Of a stretch of DNA of 64,000 nt, positions 24,437 to 37,590 are shown one piece after another. The notes beneath the pieces were generated by a model, which saw only the letters and a list, made by a program, of their open reading frames with translations, searched no databases and had not been told where the DNA came from. This DNA comes from Phoronis australis (Eukaryota; Animalia; Phoronida), in assembly GCA_002633005.1 (NCBI GenBank), contig NMRA01000132.1:1-64000 (forward strand). Direction: 5' to 3'. A program made the position numbers and the translations under genes. Position 1 is the stretch's first letter. The number at the start of each line of letters is the position of its first letter.

Positions 24437-25368
24437 ATATGCATCGTGGCAATACCTTGATACCATGTGCTTTGCTTTGTTCTTATATGACGTCATATAT
24501 ACGCCAAGCGTACCTGCACCTGTAAAGCGACAATGTTATCTGTGATGTTGAATAACTACTGAAGTTTTATTTCACAATAATTAAATTTATAAGAATTTTC
24601 ACTTTGTAAGATGTGCAAGTTAAAGCCATGAACCATTCAATAATATTAAAAGCTCGTCGCCGGGAATATTAAAAATAATCCATCACGGAAGGTAACATTT
24701 GAAACACTGAACCGTTGTGCAGCAGTCTGTACGTCTCTTTAGCTTCGATGACTTTCTTAGATTTCTAGGTATACTTTCGTGTCATATATTCTGTAATGGA
24801 AATATTAATAGAAATATTTCCTCGTGTTAGTCACTGCACTGGAAAATAACGGTGTACATTGTGCTGATTCGCAGAACTTGAGGTAACAACGGCATTGTAA
24901 AAAGCAGATTTTACGCTACCGGTGACGGAAAGTCGAGGAACGCTGCGAGCATACGATTGGGTCAGTAAAAACATACTCGATGTCGCAGGTCACAATTTCC
25001 TGTGAATATCGTAGTTCTCAGTGTAGATGTACATCCATAACAAAACGGTTTCATTTGATTTGAATTAGATTTCTTTTCTTATTTTGTTGGGGAAGATATG
25101 TAGGCAATTGACCTCATTCATGATGACCCAGATTAAAACTAGCGAAGCCTAAAAACAGCCGCATCATCTCTGAGCATCGGAATTTCCTTCGGTAAATCTT
25201 TGCGTCGGATGACGGGCTCCCATTTTAAACCGCTATAACCTAGAATCGTTATTTTAGCATCCACGTGTTCCTAAGACGTATAGAAATTGTTCTGTAGTGT
25301 TAGTTTTTCCATATCTTTATTCAATGTTTAATTTATTGACTTTGTTTTGCTACCGACTTTATCACCAG

Positions 25369-25422
25369 TCGATCATCGGGATTCCCGACACCTACCAGTG
25401 ATTGTGTGTATCCATTTACAGG
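25369..25422 (+). pseudogene. Putative 54-bp micro-exon, probably disabled paralogue
   Basis: CAG| ... |GTAAAG borders; reads SIIGIPDTYQ*LCVSIYR; closely similar to 30243-30297 on the minus strand. Confidence 0.4.
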
Positions 25423-27868
25423 GTAAAGAAATGGGTCATCGTTTGCAATGTTAGCAAAATTTTTCCAAGAGGCAAGTAAAACCAATGAGATAAATGTATA
25501 TAGCTCATTGAGTAAAACTGTATCATGTTTCACTTTTGATATTTATTCCTTTAAAATGAATACGCAAGGACCATTCCAATTTTAAAGTAGTTCATACTGA
25601 TGATAATGGCTATTATCGAAATTGCATTTGAGTAGTTTGGACACCAGATTTACAGATTTTTCAGTAATGTTTGAAGATGTTTCCGTAAAGGCCTAACATC
25701 GAAAATCCAGCACGTTAACGTATTAAATTGGTGTCTAGTTGGTACCTTTCCCCATTACTAGCCTTTCAAAAAGTTTAATACATGAAGTGATTTCAATAAC
25801 AATTTTAGGAATACTCTATGTTGTTTATAATAAGAATGCGCCAGTTTGGAACAGTGGTGGACTGCGCTTGAAGTAGCGAAAAGTTCAGATTAACCAATGG
25901 AACTGTTCGTTACTGACATTACATAAGTATATAAACACGTTCTGTAATGGTAATATATACACGACAAAGAAGAGTTTCTAGATTCAAAAGCTATGCTCGT
26001 TTCTTAAAACAAAACATATTTGACAAAAAGTGCTCATGAACCTGAACTGGACAGCGTATCACCTCAGAGGACATGTTGTAACCGTTCCACAATAGTTTGT
26101 GAAAGCGTCTACAAACACAAACTAACGTAGATTGTTGGCTGTAAAAAAATTCGAACGACGCCAACGGCTCAACATGTCGCGAAATCATTGTGCGTAACAA
26201 AACAACGCACAACACAACTTGCATTATAAATACGACTGCCTCATTAACATTTCGATAAGACACCGCAGTTCCTTGGAATAACGTGGCAACTGAAAATAAC
26301 GTTCCCTTCTATCAGAAGCTCATTTCTCCACTTCTCAAAATATGCAGCCTCTCACGCTTTGCAATTTTAAACACAGCACGTATTTTGCCGTACTTACGTT
26401 ACACAGGTGTGGTATCAAATGACGATAAGTGTTCTTAAAATAGTGGATGGGCCCTATTCTAACATTGTTGGATTTCGAACTTCATCCGGATCTCATCGGG
26501 GTATTAAGAAACATTGATTTCCATGTAATTCAGCAATGAAATGTCCAAATATGGTGTTCCAGTCGACAATGAGTCACTGTAAAGAATGAATTACTATTAG
26601 TAACCATTAATGTCATTTTAAACTTTTGGGAGTTTGCCGGAGTTAAATTGAGCGATCTTAACAGTCAAAAGTATGAAACCCAATTACTACTCTGTTGATA
26701 TCGTCAACTAAGCTGAAGATTTTTTTATGCTGCAATAAGCAAAACGAAACTGATGAAACGATCCTCGTAATGCCTGGGTCACGGAAAGCTTCCGACGAAG
26801 TTCGACCACTTTGCGGCATGTATTATCGGCCGACGGTCGGCTGCAGGCCACTGATAAATGGCATGATTGTGCTAGGTTTCCGTTACAGTGCGACATATAT
26901 TGGGATTCGGTCGACAACATAGCATGCCAAATGCGAGAATATCAATAGCGGCAAACATTGTTGTGACAGAATTGAGCCGGTGACATCAGCCGAACATTAT
27001 TCGATGTGTAACCAAGGCAGGCAAAAATGAAATGGAACATGATGCTCGTCGGCACCTTGTTTAGGGGGTTAGCAACTGAATGTCCCGTAAACAGAGTGAC
27101 GATACCTGACGATGACAGGGAGAAGAGGCAAAAGACGGGCGTCGATGTAAAAATCCGCAGTAATTCGTGCAGCATTAGTCGGAAGACCGGTCATGTCACA
27201 CTGAGGAAGTTTTTAGGACAATTATGAAAGTGTATACTGTTTTAAATAACGAGATGATTGGACATGGATTTTTATTTCGACAAGGTTTATCGGAATATGC
27301 GTACAATTCTCTGAGACCGGTTCTTCATCAGGACTCGACGAAGTGGGAAAAGGCGCATGCTGCGGTAAATGAAGTTTACAAGAACAAAGCCCACTCAACG
27401 CTCTTTTTCCAGTAAGTAAAACCGAATTCGCAAAATTCGGCGGTACGGAGTGACGACGGATGTCTCGTTGAAGCAATTACATTGCTATCAAGTCAAATGT
27501 CAAACTTATTGACTTTCTTTATTTAAAATGAAATGTATATTATAATTAAATTGTCGTGAGTAATTTTGAAGGAAAAGGGTAAAATCCAACCTCTCTAAAT
27601 GCTTTAGTTAATTGAAAAAATGATATGACACTTTTAACTACCAAAGCGCCAAAACTTTCCACCCGCAAAAACACCGCGTACACGTAAGAAGGAGGTCTTC
27701 CGCGGATAGTTTGAAAATCTATTAAAGTTTTCTGGACACTATTGATTCCCCCTGAGAAAGTTTCAAAAGCCGCCAAAGTGATATCATGAGTTCTGCCACT
27801 GCCATCAGCACGGTGGAAGTGCTTCAAAAAGGCAACGAAGATACTGTACATGTGGGTACCACTTTCAA

Positions 27869-28455
27869 AATGTCTCTCGCTAAAATTGACTAGTTCACGC
27901 GAGGCAAAGACGCAGCTATTCCATTTCTGAGGACCCACAACTCCATCAGACGACAGATACTCCAGCGTGGAGTATGCCTTTATTTGATGACCGACTGCGT
28001 GGTGGCGCAGGAGGAGGTGGAAAGATCTGACGCTGTGCGAGGCATAAGGCTCAGAAGAATTCATTGCGAGATGACTCCTTTTAGTCCAAATCCAGGTTGA
28101 TACTCCAGCTACTGACACAGTTTGTCTGCAATCGATAGCTTTTGCCGAGGAGATGCTGGGAATAAACCAGACAGGGGTAATGACTTGGTACGACTACCTC
28201 CGAGACGCATTGCTCCACCTACCTCATGAACAGCCCCATATGGATTAGCGGCCCCGGAGACATCGTTTAAATCGACGAGTCGTTTACGGTAATTAGACTG
28301 AACAACGTGGGCCACGTGGTTCAGCAGCAATACTGCCCCGCAAAGAACGTCGGACTTCTGCAGCTTGTGCTGAAAAGGAACGCCAGCGCACTTCTCCCCA
28401 TTATGTAGCAGTTCATCTTGCCCGGCTCTGATATGTGGGGTGCCTACTACGGCTT
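27869..28455 (+). pseudogene. Merlin (IS1016/ISXO2-like) DDE transposase relic
   Basis: *RCARHK..NSLRDDSF*SKSRL...TWYDYLRD...ISGPGDIV*IDES...RNASALLPIM*QFILPGSDMWGAY matches the Merlin pattern GGPG.IVEIDES...RDA.TLLPII...ILPG...SD.W.AY. Confidence 0.8.
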
Positions 28456-29420
28456 CATCGGAAAATCATTAGCCGTCCACTTTATATTAAAAACATACAT
28501 GCCCATTTTCACAATTATCCTGAAAGCGATTTGGTTGATAGAGGGGTGGACGCCAAAAAAAAAACAGACTCGAAAATGGTAAAAATGGCCACTAGGTGGT
28601 GCAAACTAAGTGGAATCCATATGAAAACGGAAAGATTGCGTCACCACACTAACAAAAGCCTGTACGCCAATGTTTTTTGAAAATACGTTGAGGACCTTTG
28701 AACATACAGAGTTTCACGTAAAAATATAACTGCCACCAGGGGGCACTGACTTACTTGACTTAAAACCCTTGCCACCCCGTGGTGGATAGGGCCTCTGTGA
28801 CAGAACGCCATCGAAGCCTGTTGTTCGCCATCTGTCTTATTTGGTGCAGGGGGTACACCAGTACTCAAATCCGTCAGAAAGTCGTCGTCTTTTGTCAACA
28901 TCATATAAATGCACTTACTAAATTTAGTAAAGCTCCTGCAGACGGTTTAGGAGATACAGCCATAGACGCAAAAAAACAAAACTGCCAATAGGAGGCGCCA
29001 CAGTTGTCGAAATCGTCGGAAAATCATCGTCAGTCTTCCTCTTCACAGTAAGAACACACATGCCAATTTTCACAATCATCACAGCGGTTTGGTTGATAGA
29101 GGGGTGGACGACTAAAGACATTCTCGAAAACAGTAAAAATGGCCACTAGGAGGCGCAAGTTACGTCGAATCTATCCGAAAACGGGTGGATAGCGTCATCT
29201 CACTAACAGACGCCTACATGCCAAATTTTTACGAAGAGAGGTAAACGTAAAAAACTAAAATTGCCACTAGGGGGCAGACCGGTAGTCGAATCTGAAAGTT
29301 TGCTCATGCCATCCCATCCATGAAAGGAACACGCCGGATGGACGCCGGACGGACGCCGGAGCATGTGTGGTGTCCTCCCGGACATGTTGGACGTACATCT
29401 TGACGAGTTCATGTAGCGGG
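28456..29420 (+). mobile_element. Interspersed repeat with internal tandem units (Helentron/HINE-like), copy A
   Basis: Units of ~120-150 bp carry GCCACTAGG(G/A/T)GGC(G/A)C-type motifs and are followed by a GGACGCC microsatellite; homologous to 41150-42140. Confidence 0.6.
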
Positions 29421-29752
29421 AACGTTACGCGGGCAACAGCGGTCGACAGGCGTTTTTTACGTTAGTCGACCATATTGCACTGTGGTACCCCACTTCTTGA
29501 GTACTGAAAACCCAACGTCCCTTTTAAGGGCCACTCCCACTTCCCAATCGGGCTGTTTTACTTGGAATTTTCTACAACAATACAGCGTGCGCCTGGACAT
29601 GATTTCTACTGTGTAAAAGTAACTTTTCTTTACGTTTTCTATTATACAATAAAAAGTGTATGCCGTTACTACACTGTAATTGGTAAAATGCCAACTCAAG
29701 AATTAATAATTAATAATTAATAAGTAATTTTCTCCCTGATGCTTCTATTTCA

Positions 29753-30000
29753 CATGCGCGCACCCAGCCTGAAAAATAAGGGGCTCGACTTTCCGAGAAT
29801 GTGGACCTTTTACTAAGATTCATGGGGTACGTTCTAAGCTATGAATTGTAAATTTGGCGCCGAATTTGGTAGTTCCTACCTTTTTAGTGGCCCTTTCGTC
29901 TCGTTTTCTACTTTTCCGAAGTTTTTGTTTCTCTAAGGTGGACCTCTTTGCCCACTTCGTCAAATGGCGGTTCGTTCGACTCCCACCCCTGAGTGCAAGC
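29753..30000 (+). mobile_element. MITE copy, same family as 42831-43045
   Basis: Starts CATGCGCGCACCCAG and shares AATGTGGACCTTTTA, AGCTATGAATTGTA and CCACTTCG.CAAATGG blocks. Confidence 0.6.
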
Positions 30001-30242
30001 AGATAATCCTTTTAAATTAAGTTTGAATCAAAAACGAAATGCATTTTACTTTCAGGCACCACACATCTGACTCCACCAACACGATTTGTTAACTCTACAT
30101 GCATGAGTAAACGTTTGGTTTAGGAAACACTTTGAATCACCCAATTATAAATGAGTTAAGTATTGTTTTTCGAAGCGACGAGATTTACCTGGATTTTCTA
30201 ACCGTGCAATACTCTGAACATAGTGACACAGCGTTTCCTTAC

Positions 30243-30297
30243 CCTGTAAATGGATACACACAATCGCCGGTAGGTGTCAGGTATCCCGTAGACGTCA
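30243..30297 (-). CDS. Putative 55-bp micro-exon of an unidentified gene
   Basis: TTCAG| ... |GTAAGG borders; reads DVYGIPDTYRRLCVSIYR; differences from the 25369 copy include synonymous third positions. Confidence 0.35.
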
Positions 30298-30715
30298 CTG
30301 AACAGGTAACCGACCGGTTATAAAGTCGGCGAAAACCTCTAACTTCAAACTCAATTAATGAAAAAATTTGTGAAGGTATGGCAAAACTAACACCACAGAA
30401 CAATTTCCATACGTCTTGTGAATATGTTGATGCTAAAATCATGATTCTAGATTAAAACTTAAAGAAGTTATAGTAGTTTAAAACAGGGCCGCGTCATTGG
30501 AATAATGCCGAAATTTTATGATTTCAAGAACAGTAAAACTGCTTTTTTAGGAACGACGCCTTGAATCAATGTTTTAGGTAACCCAAATGAACGAGACTAA
30601 TCATATTTGCCGTCGTACACGCCAATTTACTTCACCAGGAGATTGCACACCAACCGTGAAATACTGCTTCTACCACTGCATACGCATTTTCCGTATGTCA
30701 TGGCGTATTTCATGG

Positions 30716-33107
30716 CAGTGGCGGATCTACGGGGGGGTTCAGGGGGTTTAAACCCCCCCTCGGGCCAGGACCCAATAATTAAAAAAAACAAAAGCGTCTC
30801 CAGCAAACCAAAAACGGCACCGCCACCGTGTGTAAACCCCAAGTAAACCAACTTGGAAAAAATTGAGGGGGGGTTCACTCTGAAAATATAGTTTTTTGCA
30901 TTGTGAATTGCTGAGTCTTTGTGGCTCATCGGCAAAACGCGCGGGCATTTATTGTGCGCGCGCTTCCGTCGACACTTCTGAAGTAGCCAAGCATTTTAGA
31001 TGGATTCACCGCTGAAAGAGCAGTTCTATAGCTGATTTCTTTAGGTAACTAGCTTCTTTACTCTAAGATATATTTTGATTTGATTAGGGGAAATACTGCG
31101 GTGCCGCAACCCTGATATTCAGGCGAATTGACGTGCAACGTTTTTACCTCATCTGTCATGCCGTGTCATTCTATTACACTCAACACGTTTGTAACTGGTG
31201 TATAGTAAAGTTGTCTTGCGCAATATCATACAGTGTACATGTACATGTAATATTGTGTACATGTACATGTAATATTTTTGAAAAAAATTCTTTTTCCGAA
31301 GAATTGCTATTGTGGCGGGCGCCGTGGTCTGGTCGCGAGTCCGTTTGAAGACACACTCTATAACAAGTTATGTCTATACAAGGAATGACCAAGGGGGCAC
31401 TCACATTGAGAAAGTGACCGCATTCGCGAAAAGTGTACAGTACCAGAAATTGCGGGGAGGCTGTTCTTTCACAACAAAGTCTTGCGGGACTCGTGCGATG
31501 TTCAATAGGCCTCCTAAGGAGCCCTAGTTCCGACCTCAACACCTACCGTCTGTGTACCTGCAATAAGCACACTGCCGTCTTCTATACTGGGAATTTCCGC
31601 AGAAAGGCTCACCCGATGAAACGCTCATGCCCATGGGCATTTATTTGATATTAGTACTTCGGGTTTCAAGCGTTCAGACATTGGGACGTTTATTTCGAAA
31701 ATTGCAAGAGATGCAAATAGGTCCTGGGATGCTTCGTCAAGGTTTGAAGTAGTCCATGATGAACGGATCAAATTTAGTTGCGCATGTAAGTCTTTTGAAT
31801 GGACTTGGCAACCTCAAGGGTCTTAGTGTCAACTGAGCTGCGAAACGAGATGCTGACATTGTAGAGGCTTACAAGCTCATTGACACAGCAGTTGACGAAG
31901 TGCAAGCGTTGGGAACAAACATCGAAGATATCTGGGTAGAATGGTTCCAAGACGAGCAAATCATTGGATCCGATATACAAATTCCTCGGCAGTCTAGACA
32001 ACAGAAGGATAGGACTAACGTATGAGTAACCACTGGGGATTAAAATTTTAGAGAGAAGTTTTCAATTCAAAATTTTTTGCATAGTACACTTTAGGTCTCG
32101 CGACGGACCAGGCCAGCTTGATTTGTGTAGATGTTGAGTTTCAGTGTACTTCTGGTCCCTCGGCGAACTAGTCTTGTGATTTTTTTTCCCAAAGTGTGCT
32201 TTGTAAAACTATTTATCTCAGCCAGTAGTGTTTGGTCCCGCGACAAATCGACTATTTTTATAGGGATAATAAGCACAGGTGTACTCTTGGTCTCGTGACG
32301 GACCAGGTCAGCTTTTTGTGTACTCTCAGTGTACATCTGGTCCCTCTGCAAACTAGTCCAGTGTATCTTTTCACCACTGTGCACAGGATGTTTTGGTTTC
32401 GTGAAACTGTTTTCAGATGATTTGTTTCCTGATAGATTTGACGTTTTTCAATTGTTGTCAACGTGATTCAGCTTAATAAAGTGATACCTAATTATTTATT
32501 GTCGCTTTTAATAATAGACTATGAGTTGAGAGCACCATCGTTCGCCAGTTTTTCTCGTAACGAGACAGAACACATGTTTATTTCCGGACTAACAGTACAG
32601 GTCTTCGTTCTTAAACAACTTGAGGCTGCTGTTACGCGATCATCTGATATTCAAGTTTTTACGCCCCGTCGGTGCTCCTTAATTATGCTCTTGAATATTT
32701 GGAAATTGTCTAAACCCCTGTATACACACCACACTTTTTCGTATACGACTTTTCGTATGCTAAAAAAGGTGTGTGTAAGCAGATGTTCCAACAAAAATTT
32801 TTGCTGGTGGCGTGACTCATACCCAGATGTGCACAATATGGTTTCACGAAACTTATGTGCCAAGTTCATGTGACGAAATCGAGAAGGGTTTTTAATTATC
32901 TTAAGAAAAACTCCAGAGACATGTTAAGTGCCAGAAACTTACCAGGGTGCATGGAAATTTCACTATTTGGCTACAAAAACAGAAAAATATCTTACACGGG
33001 AGGGGAAACCCCCCTCCCGACCTCCCCACGCTCGGCGCCACGCGCCTAAGATTCGACCTTGGCGGGAATCCTAAAGCCCCCTTGGTGAAAACGTAGATCC
33101 GCCACTG
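30716..33107. mobile_element. Non-autonomous DNA transposon, hAT-like TIRs
   Basis: Perfect 16-bp TIR CAGTGGCGGATCTACG / CGTAGATCCGCCACTG with G/C-run subterminal sequence. The TSD is imperfect (TCATGG vs TCACGG). Confidence 0.65.
32090..32370. repeat. Degenerate short direct repeats
   Basis: GGTCTCG(C/T)GACGGACCAGG and CTGGTCCCTC...AACTAGTC blocks recur with a period of ~190 bp. Confidence 0.55.
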
Positions 33108-35145
33108 TCACGGCGTATTGAATGGCCGTATTTACACACGCACGCACGCACGCACACACACATAAATACACATACGGATAATGAGTAATATTCAACAGCT
33201 GCAAATGTGTGATTAATAATTGTACAGACAAACCACACCTGGCGATTAGAAAAAACATCCGTTTGATGTTCACCACAATACTTTTATTATAGACACGGAT
33301 AAGTTGCTAAGATACAGAGTATAATAAGACAAATTTATTGTCACCTTAAGCCATCTACACCAGGCACCTACATATACAACTGCTTGATGAATAGTCAGAC
33401 ATAAAATGACCACATTTTGAAACTCGTTATTCAATGAAGTGTCTTGGTAAATTTCACTTCCATAGATGTATTTATTAGGATTAATAAAAGTTATTTATAT
33501 GCATATTTACATGTCATTACAGACATCTGTTGAGTGATTATTTCTAATGAGAGCGGAGGCTGTTTTCAAATGCAGAATATGGACTATTTTTTCTGAGTGC
33601 CGGAACGTTTTAGTTTACTTTCTTTCCGAAAATCATGAAAATGAATGTTTAAAATGCTATGTCCCGAAATTTGTGTATTCGAAGCAAGGGTAAAGAATCC
33701 CATACATAAATGTGTATGACTCTATTGTACACGTGCATTCTATGCGCAGCTGGTTACACTTAATTCAGCCGATATTACAGTAGCCGTGTGCACTAAGAGC
33801 GTACGGTGCAAGCAGTATGCCGTAAACTTTAGTAATCGAAATTTGAAGACATGCTTTGTAGTTCGTCTCGGTTGATTTACACAGGGCCTGACTACACGAC
33901 TCTGGAAACTTCTGAAAACTCCAAATTAATTTCTTTACGTGTATACTGTTTGTGTCCACACGTGCATGTACATGGCAATGCATGCATCAACCAAACTCGG
34001 TAACTTTTAAATATGCCCTCAAGACTGAATTTTTGAAACGTCGTATTCCCCGTATTCGTGTCGATATACAACTGTTTGTACCCACTGCTGCTGGATCTTG
34101 GGGGAATACTGGAATTTCCGAATATAAGTCCACAAAACGATCGTGATCTGTGTTGCCAAAAGTAGCGACCAAAGTAGCAAGTACTAAGGATTGAGCCTTC
34201 TAACAACACAGCTATGGGGGACGTAGCATAAACGGCCATTGTTAACAGTAGAACAAAATAGCAAACAGCATTGAACGCATTCTTAGTTAGTACAACGAAC
34301 ATGTACGTCAACATAACTGTTAGTAGTTGCTAATAATTAATTTATATTCATGGAAAAATTAGCATTTCCGAAGTCTCAGTCCAGCATCTCTTGTGTCCTT
34401 AACGTTTTACGCTAACGAAAGTTTCGTTTTCATTGTTGAAGTAATACGTTTCCATTTATTACAGTACACAATACTTGCTGTCCAGGTGTAAAACGGCATT
34501 CGATCAATTGAAACCCGCCTGTGAACTGCTCGTGCCAGTGCCTTAAATTTGCAAGGACTTCGTGACCGCATTGTCTTCCAAGGCGATTCGTTTTGGATAA
34601 AACTAACTGAAGCCCTATCGTTCTTGTAGGTGTACACGCTATTTCTTTTTAAACGAAACCCTTATTGATTACCGTCCCCTATTTTGTGGTTTTAAGAATA
34701 GTCAGATAAGTATCTCTATTGGTAGCATTTCGCCATTGTTTGTAGTCCTTTGCTACCGATTCACAGCCGTCTCCCTTCACGCAAAAAGGTTTAATTTAGA
34801 ATATATCGATATCAGGACATCTCCATTTTTTCGAGGTGAAACTGAGAACGGATTTTCGTCTGTTGTACTCCGCGTATTTTTTAATATCTTGGCGTGGGTG
34901 TGACGTATTTAACGACCGAAGTCGGAGAACAAAGAAGCGGACTTCATTCAGCTAACAACTAACTTTATTCTGCCCTAATAGGTGTCGCCACCGTACGGTG
35001 TATACATATGTGAACGGCAATATCCCACACTCTTCCTCTCATAATAAAATACTCTAGTCAAAATGTTATCGTTTACAAAACTAACTAAAACCATATGAAC
35101 TTGTAAACTAACACTATATACAATCAGTTTCACCAACCATAGCGG

Positions 35146-37590
35146 TCAGGAGGTTTGATTTGTCTCTGAGACCTTCTTGGCAACAGGTGTGGTGCCACTA
35201 GTCACATCAGCTTCAGAATTAAGAGACACAGTTGTCTCACACGTATCACTACTAGGAGTAACAGAAACGGATGCATCAGACTCAACAGATTTATATGATA
35301 CACTAGTTTCAACATTTGTATCAGACAGTGCTATTAAATCATCAGGTTGAGTTACACCTTGGTTCATGTTATCAGAAGCATGCAATAAGTGATCAGCATG
35401 ACAAAATCTCACTTTATGACCAACCTTAACTAAATATGTTAGAGGGCCTTTCTTACAAACAATGCGACCCGGAAGGAATTTCACTATTCCTGACTTAAAC
35501 GTGTTCTTGACTAACAGTTTCATTGACATCAAATGAGCACATCTCAACAGATTTTGAGTCATGATTCCCTTTCAGTTTTGATTTCTTATCATCTACCCGA
35601 GAATACATATCAGGTCTCAACAAAGACAATCTTGTACGCAATTCACGTTTTCTAAACAACTCTGCAGGTGATCTACCTGTAACTGAATGTGGGGTTGTCC
35701 TATAGACAAACAGAAAGTTATCTAACTTCTCAGATTCACTGACATTCTGCTTTGCATGGGATATCATATGCTTTCTCAAAGCCTGCTTGCATATCTGTAC
35801 ACTTCTCTCTCTGCAGCACCGTTTGAACTAGGATGGTATGGGGGTACTAGAGTTTAATACCATGAATCTTCAAGAAATTCTTGAATTCTTCTGAAATGAA
35901 CTGCGGTCCATTATCAGATACAACCTCTTTAGGTAAACCTTCCCTAGAGAATACACTACGTAATATATCAACAGTTTTGCTTGCAGTAGTAGTTTTTATG
36001 AGAAAAACTTCTATCGACTTAGAGAACACATCAACTAACACAAAGTAATCCTTACCACCCAATGTGAAGAAATCTATGTGAATTCTATCCCATGGATTCA
36101 AAGCTTGTTTCCAAGGAAACAACGGTACCGGTGGTGGGTTACTTCGAACAGACTGACATATGAAGCAATCTTTTATCAAGTTCTCAATATTCGAGTCAAG
36201 GTTAGGATACCAGATATAAGATCTAGCTAGAGCCTTAGTGCTTACTATACCCAAGTGTTCTGTGTGTAATTCCCTTAACATAACATCTTGATAAACAGCA
36301 GGGATTATGACACGTAAACCCCAAGGAATACAACCTTGGTCAATGGAGAGCTCATTACGGCTCTTAAAATATGGTATCAAGTTGGAATCATCACAATGTT
36401 CTGGCCAGCCGGTCAGAACATACCCATAAACTCTTGATAACACTCGATCTTTTCTAGTACTGGATGCTATTTCACCAGCAGTAAGTGGTAATCTATCTAT
36501 GTAGAAAAAGCAATTTATGCTCAGTTCCGTAGCCTCAAATGTCGTATTTTGTGGACTACGGGATAACAAATCACAATCGACATGATCAAGACCTTTTCTG
36601 TACTTAATCGCATAATCATAAGTACCGAGAATCAAAGACCAACGCTGGAGTCTGAGTGCAGCCAACGTTCTTAGGTCCCAATATCTTCAACAATGGTTTG
36701 TGGTCAGTTAAAATGACAAATTTCCTACCATATAAGTACTTGTGGAAGTGAGTTACCCCATATATGATAGAAAGTGCTTCTTTCTCACCATGGGCATAAT
36801 TCTGTTCAACCTTAGTCAAGGTTCTACTACCATAAGCTATAGGCTTGTCAGTACCGTCAGGAAGTTGATGCGATAGCACACAGCCCAGCCCATAGGGGCT
36901 CGCATCACATGCCAAAATAATGGGCTTAGAGGGATCATAGTGAACTAATGACAAGTCACTAGACAATAAGTCTTTAGACTTCAAAAATGCATTGTTCAGA
37001 CCAATCCCAATGAACATCAGCTTTCAACAGCCTGTCCAATGGCTGGAGCAATGTAGACAGATTTGGAAGATATTTCCCATAATGGTTCAACATCCCTAAG
37101 TAGCGTCTTAGTTCCTGAACATTTGTAGGGCTTGCAACAGCTTTAATAGCCTCAACCTTATGTGACCAGGGATGGATACCGTCCTTACTTATCTTGTGAC
37201 CTAAGTAATCAACTGATTCCTGGAGGAAAACACTCTTTGCCTTATTCACGGTAAAGTTATGTTTCAACAACCTTCTCAATACTTCCCTGAGTAGTACAGT
37301 GTGTTCTTCAACAGACTCAGAAGAAACTAGGATGTCGTCCTGGTAACATGCAAGGCCCTTAAGGTTAGCAAAAACTTTGTCCATAATACGTTGGAAAATA
37401 TTGCTAGCCACCTTAATTCCAAAGGGTAATCTGTTATACTGCAACAATCCAATACTGGTATTTATGGTCAAAAGCTTTCTAGCTTCATCATCTACTTCTA
37501 ACTGTTGGTAGGCATTAGACAAGTCAAGTTTACTAAAGACTTTACAACCTTGCATTGATGCAAATATGTCGTCAGGTGTAGGCAAAGGGC
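35146..37590 (-). pseudogene. Gypsy RT, RNase H and integrase (frameshifted)
   Basis: ORFs 36974-37585 (LDLSNAYQQL, RLPFG, YQDDILV), 36616-37017 ([14 protein letters not shown]) and 35847-36665 (HTEHLG, CFICQ, IHIDF, SDNGPQF). Confidence 0.9.

Noticed and set aside
25333-25533. Shared peptide YPVNGYTQS.VGV in ORFs 25333-25533 and 30132-30323, and the alternative FN2-like reading DCVYPF
   Set aside because: Splice signals and synonymous changes favour the GIPDTY...LCVSIYR reading, which is on the opposite strand from YPVNGYTQS and in a different frame from DCVYPF.
27546-28330. 190-aa and 73-aa minus-strand ORFs as novel genes
   Set aside because: They are largely antisense shadows of the Merlin transposase relic.
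31330-32010. Possible piggyBac or hAT transposase remnant (RRQCAYC, KTYMRN on the minus strand)
   Set aside because: The motifs are too short and lie in inconsistent frames.
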